Positions 61,657 through 64,000 of a DNA stretch of 64,000 bases are shown here, in pieces. Location: NCBI GenBank assembly GCA_040394975.1, contig JBEBRF010000001.1:448-64447 (forward strand), read 5' to 3'. Within the stretch, counting starts at the first letter, position 1. Each line of letters begins with the position of its first letter. The notes beneath the pieces are model-generated. The model searched no databases and was not told where the DNA came from. It saw only the letters and a list, made by a program, of their open reading frames with translations. The DNA comes from Aequorivita soesokkakensis. Lineage in GTDB: Bacteria > Bacteroidota > Bacteroidia > Flavobacteriales > Flavobacteriaceae. The translations under genes were made by a program, and so were the position numbers.

Positions 61657-62742
61657 TTATTTGGGAAAAGTTATAACAAAAGTGGCTCCTGTGGGAATGT
61701 TTGGTTGATATTCTATAGTTCCGCGATGGCCTTTTATGATTCCGTGGACAACACTCAGGCCCAATCCCGAGCCGTCACCCACGGTTTTGGTGGTAAAGAA
61801 GGGCTGAAATATTTTTTGGACGTTTTCCGCGGGAATCCCGGGCCCCTCATCGGAAATTTTCAGGGTTATTTTATTTTTGGTTTCCTCCAATGAAATTTTT
61901 ATCAATCCATCTTTGGGTGAAAAATAGATTGCATTAAGTACAAGATTGAAGATAACCTGTGTCAATTGAATGGTATCGGCCTTCAGCAGCACCGCGCCTT
62001 TTGGGAGGGTTACCTTATATTTCACCTCATTCTTTTTAAAAGTTGGATCCAAAAGATTGATGGCATCCCGAATGACTGGAATAATATCTGTCTGCCCTAA
62101 ATTTTGGGGCATTTCGCAGGCAAAGAACATTAGCTTTTTCACTACTTCCCGAGAAAATATGGCGCTGTTTATTATTTTATCAAGGTCTTGGCTGTTTTGA
62201 ACATTGGTAGATTCCTTGCTTTTCAAAAGTTCGGCAAAGCCCAAAATATTGGCGAGGGGCGTGTTTAGCTCGTGGGCTATTCCGGCAGTAATTTCACCCA
62301 GAATTCCCAGACGGTCGGCGTGCTCCATTTTTCGTTTCATCACCGCTTCGTTCTCCCTAATGGCAACGCGCTCCAGCAGATCGCCCACGTTAATGGCCAC
62401 GGTTTTGAGCAGTTGTTCCTCTTCCGGCAAAAAATCCTTTTTCGTGAATTTGTCCGCCGGATAATGGATTTTAATGACCCCTTTTGGTTCGTTGAAAACA
62501 TTTATGTCGTTTTCAATCAATACCGTTTCCTTTGAAATGCTTGAGGAAAGAAGGTGATAGGGATCTGATTTTATTTCAACCGTGGCATATTTGTTATATT
62601 GAAGCGCTTTGCGAAGACTTAACACTATGGAATACAATGTTTTGTCCAGCGCCCGTGAATCATTGTTCACAATTATGGACGACACTTCATATAGGCAAGT
62701 CAACTCCTTGATCCGCTCCTTAAGATTTTTTTCTAAGGTCAT
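61657..62742 (-). CDS. Cytoplasmic sensor histidine kinase
   Basis: AHELNTPL H-box, NLVLNA, DEGPGI, FQPFFTTK, GSGLGL; no TM segment; GAF-like N-terminus. Confidence 0.93.
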   Translation of the reverse strand: MTLEKNLKERIKELTCLYEVSSIIVNNDSRALDKTLYSIVLSLRKALQYNKYATVEIKSDPYHLLSSSISKETVLIENDINVFNEPKGVIKIHYPADKFTKKDFLPEEEQLLKTVAINVGDLLERVAIRENEAVMKRKMEHADRLGILGEITAGIAHELNTPLANILGFAELLKSKESTNVQNSQDLDKIINSAIFSREVVKKLMFFACEMPQNLGQTDIIPVIRDAINLLDPTFKKNEVKYKVTLPKGAVLLKADTIQLTQVIFNLVLNAIYFSPKDGLIKISLEETKNKITLKISDEGPGIPAENVQKIFQPFFTTKTVGDGSGLGLSVVHGIIKGHRGTIEYQPNIPTGATFVITFPK

Positions 62743-62928
62743 AAAACACGCCTCTTTGGTTTTTTCAAAGGTATCAAATTATAACGGGAAATGGCATTGG
62801 CACGGCGAGCGGAAGGGACCATGCCGGAAAGAATTTTTCGGGAAAGCCATTACTTCTTAAAAATAAAAAAACCCGTAAGCAGTCTTTTAGACATCACAAA
62901 CGGGTTAATTTTTGTTGGGAATGAAGGT

Positions 62929-63462
62929 TTAATCAAAATCTTCAAAATCAAATTTTTGGCCTCCTACGGATACTTCGGCCATCAATCCTTCCTTTGGAAG
63001 CGTAAAAACCGCAACTCCATCAGTATAGGTAATATTTAAGGAAGGCGGGGCTTGGTCTATCGCCACCGCGGAAACATTAGTTCCAAAACTAAAATCGTCG
63101 TCCATAAAATCTTGAACGGCGCGGTCTGTTTTGAAGAAAATCACTTCACTGTATGCCTTTCCGCCAATTTGTGCACCCACGTCCACTTGTTTCAAAGATG
63201 CCATGCCCACCAAAACGCCTCTTTCATAAACCGCTCCATTGCCAGATGCCGCACCAACAATGATGGCGCCCTTTCCAACGTTGGGAAAAATGGCGTAAGC
63301 TTTTGCATCGTCAAAATAGTTTTGGATTTTTGGATTGGCCTTAATAAATGCGGCTTTTGCATTTTCGGCGTCCTTGATTATTTTTTTGTCGTCTGCGTTT
63401 TGCGCAAAAAGGGTGAAGCTGAAAAATAACAGCATCATCATAAAAATGTTCTTCGTTTTCAT
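62929..63462 (-). CDS. Ysc84/SYLF lipid-binding domain protein, secreted
   Basis: Signal peptide, IFPNVGKGAIIVG..SGNG, GAQIGG, GLMAEVSVGGQKF. Confidence 0.85.
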   Translation of the reverse strand: MKTKNIFMMMLLFFSFTLFAQNADDKKIIKDAENAKAAFIKANPKIQNYFDDAKAYAIFPNVGKGAIIVGAASGNGAVYERGVLVGMASLKQVDVGAQIGGKAYSEVIFFKTDRAVQDFMDDDFSFGTNVSAVAIDQAPPSLNITYTDGVAVFTLPKEGLMAEVSVGGQKFDFEDFD

Positions 63463-63570
63463 AAGTTGTTTTTTTTGTTTGAGGGTTAAAGATACTTTTT
63501 ATGAAAAAGCGGCCGGGTTAATGGTGTGTTAGATAAAATATAAGAAAATGCCAATTTCAGGGTTAGTGGC

Positions 63571-63924
63571 CTATTTCAAATCTTTTTTCACCAATAAATA
63601 AAAGTCATTTTCCAATGGAAGATAACCTTGGTTGTAAAGATAATAATATGTTGATCCGGATTTTGTGGTGTATGTTCCGGTGAAATAATCAAAACTGAAA
63701 CCCATTCGCAAAAGCCTATCTTTTGTGGTTTTGGTTTTGTCCTCGGTATTTAGCGTTTCAAGGATTCTGTAATTTTTCCGTAGCCGGTTGTTGATGTTGC
63801 GGACCAAGTTTTTATTGTCCTTATTCAGCGAATTGTTGTGGGAATTGCGGCAGGCATCGCTGCAGAATTTTTTATCAGCGCGCCCCAAAATTTTATCACC
63901 ACATTCCGGACAGGTTTTTTCCAT
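63571..63924 (-). CDS. Zn-ribbon protein (DUF2116-like)
   Basis: CPECG...GRADKKFCSDACR...NN. Confidence 0.82.
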   Translation of the reverse strand: MEKTCPECGDKILGRADKKFCSDACRNSHNNSLNKDNKNLVRNINNRLRKNYRILETLNTEDKTKTTKDRLLRMGFSFDYFTGTYTTKSGSTYYYLYNQGYLPLENDFYLLVKKDLK

Positions 63925-64000
63925 CTTTTAAAGATAGAATTTTTTCAAAATAAATACCAAATCACAAACCCCAAATCACAATAAATCTCAAATTACAAAA

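Noticed and set aside
62798-62815. Second sigma-54 promoter (ttggcacggcgagcgg)
   Set aside because: No TTGC at -12, and it points away from the kinase gene.

Overview
This is a mostly core-genome stretch of a Flavobacteriaceae (Bacteroidota) chromosome, judged from T9SS C-terminal domains, porZ and TAnnTTTG promoters. Housekeeping genes include pyk (partial), rnc-fabF-acpP, purN, rnhA, purF, sodA, AddA/AddB-like helicase-nuclease, kbl, ompA, tRNA-Ala(GGC), queD, lpxH, recJ, rsmI, tdk-alr-mscL, asd, gpsA, nadD-gmk-yicC, gdhA and porZ-recO. Small accessory inserts are a RelE/ParE-type toxin-antitoxin pair and three T9SS cargo genes. Four features are most worth following up. (1) A sigma-54-driven cluster at about 54.7-62.7 kb has a cytoplasmic histidine kinase, an NtrC-type activator, a perfect -24/-12 promoter, a Cys-rich microprotein, a second glutamate dehydrogenase, Rnk, a hypothetical protein and a three-subunit transhydrogenase; two of its intercistronic hairpins carry the same loop motif. 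(2) A T9SS subtilase has its signal peptide put out of frame by a (CACACGCC)3 repeat, a likely phase-variation switch now OFF. (3) Two paralogous sRNA-like units of about 75 nt lie between purF and sodA, each with its own promoter element and terminator. (4) A GTAG-type REP cluster supplies the gmk stop codon. All product calls come from motif recognition by eye; no database searches were run.
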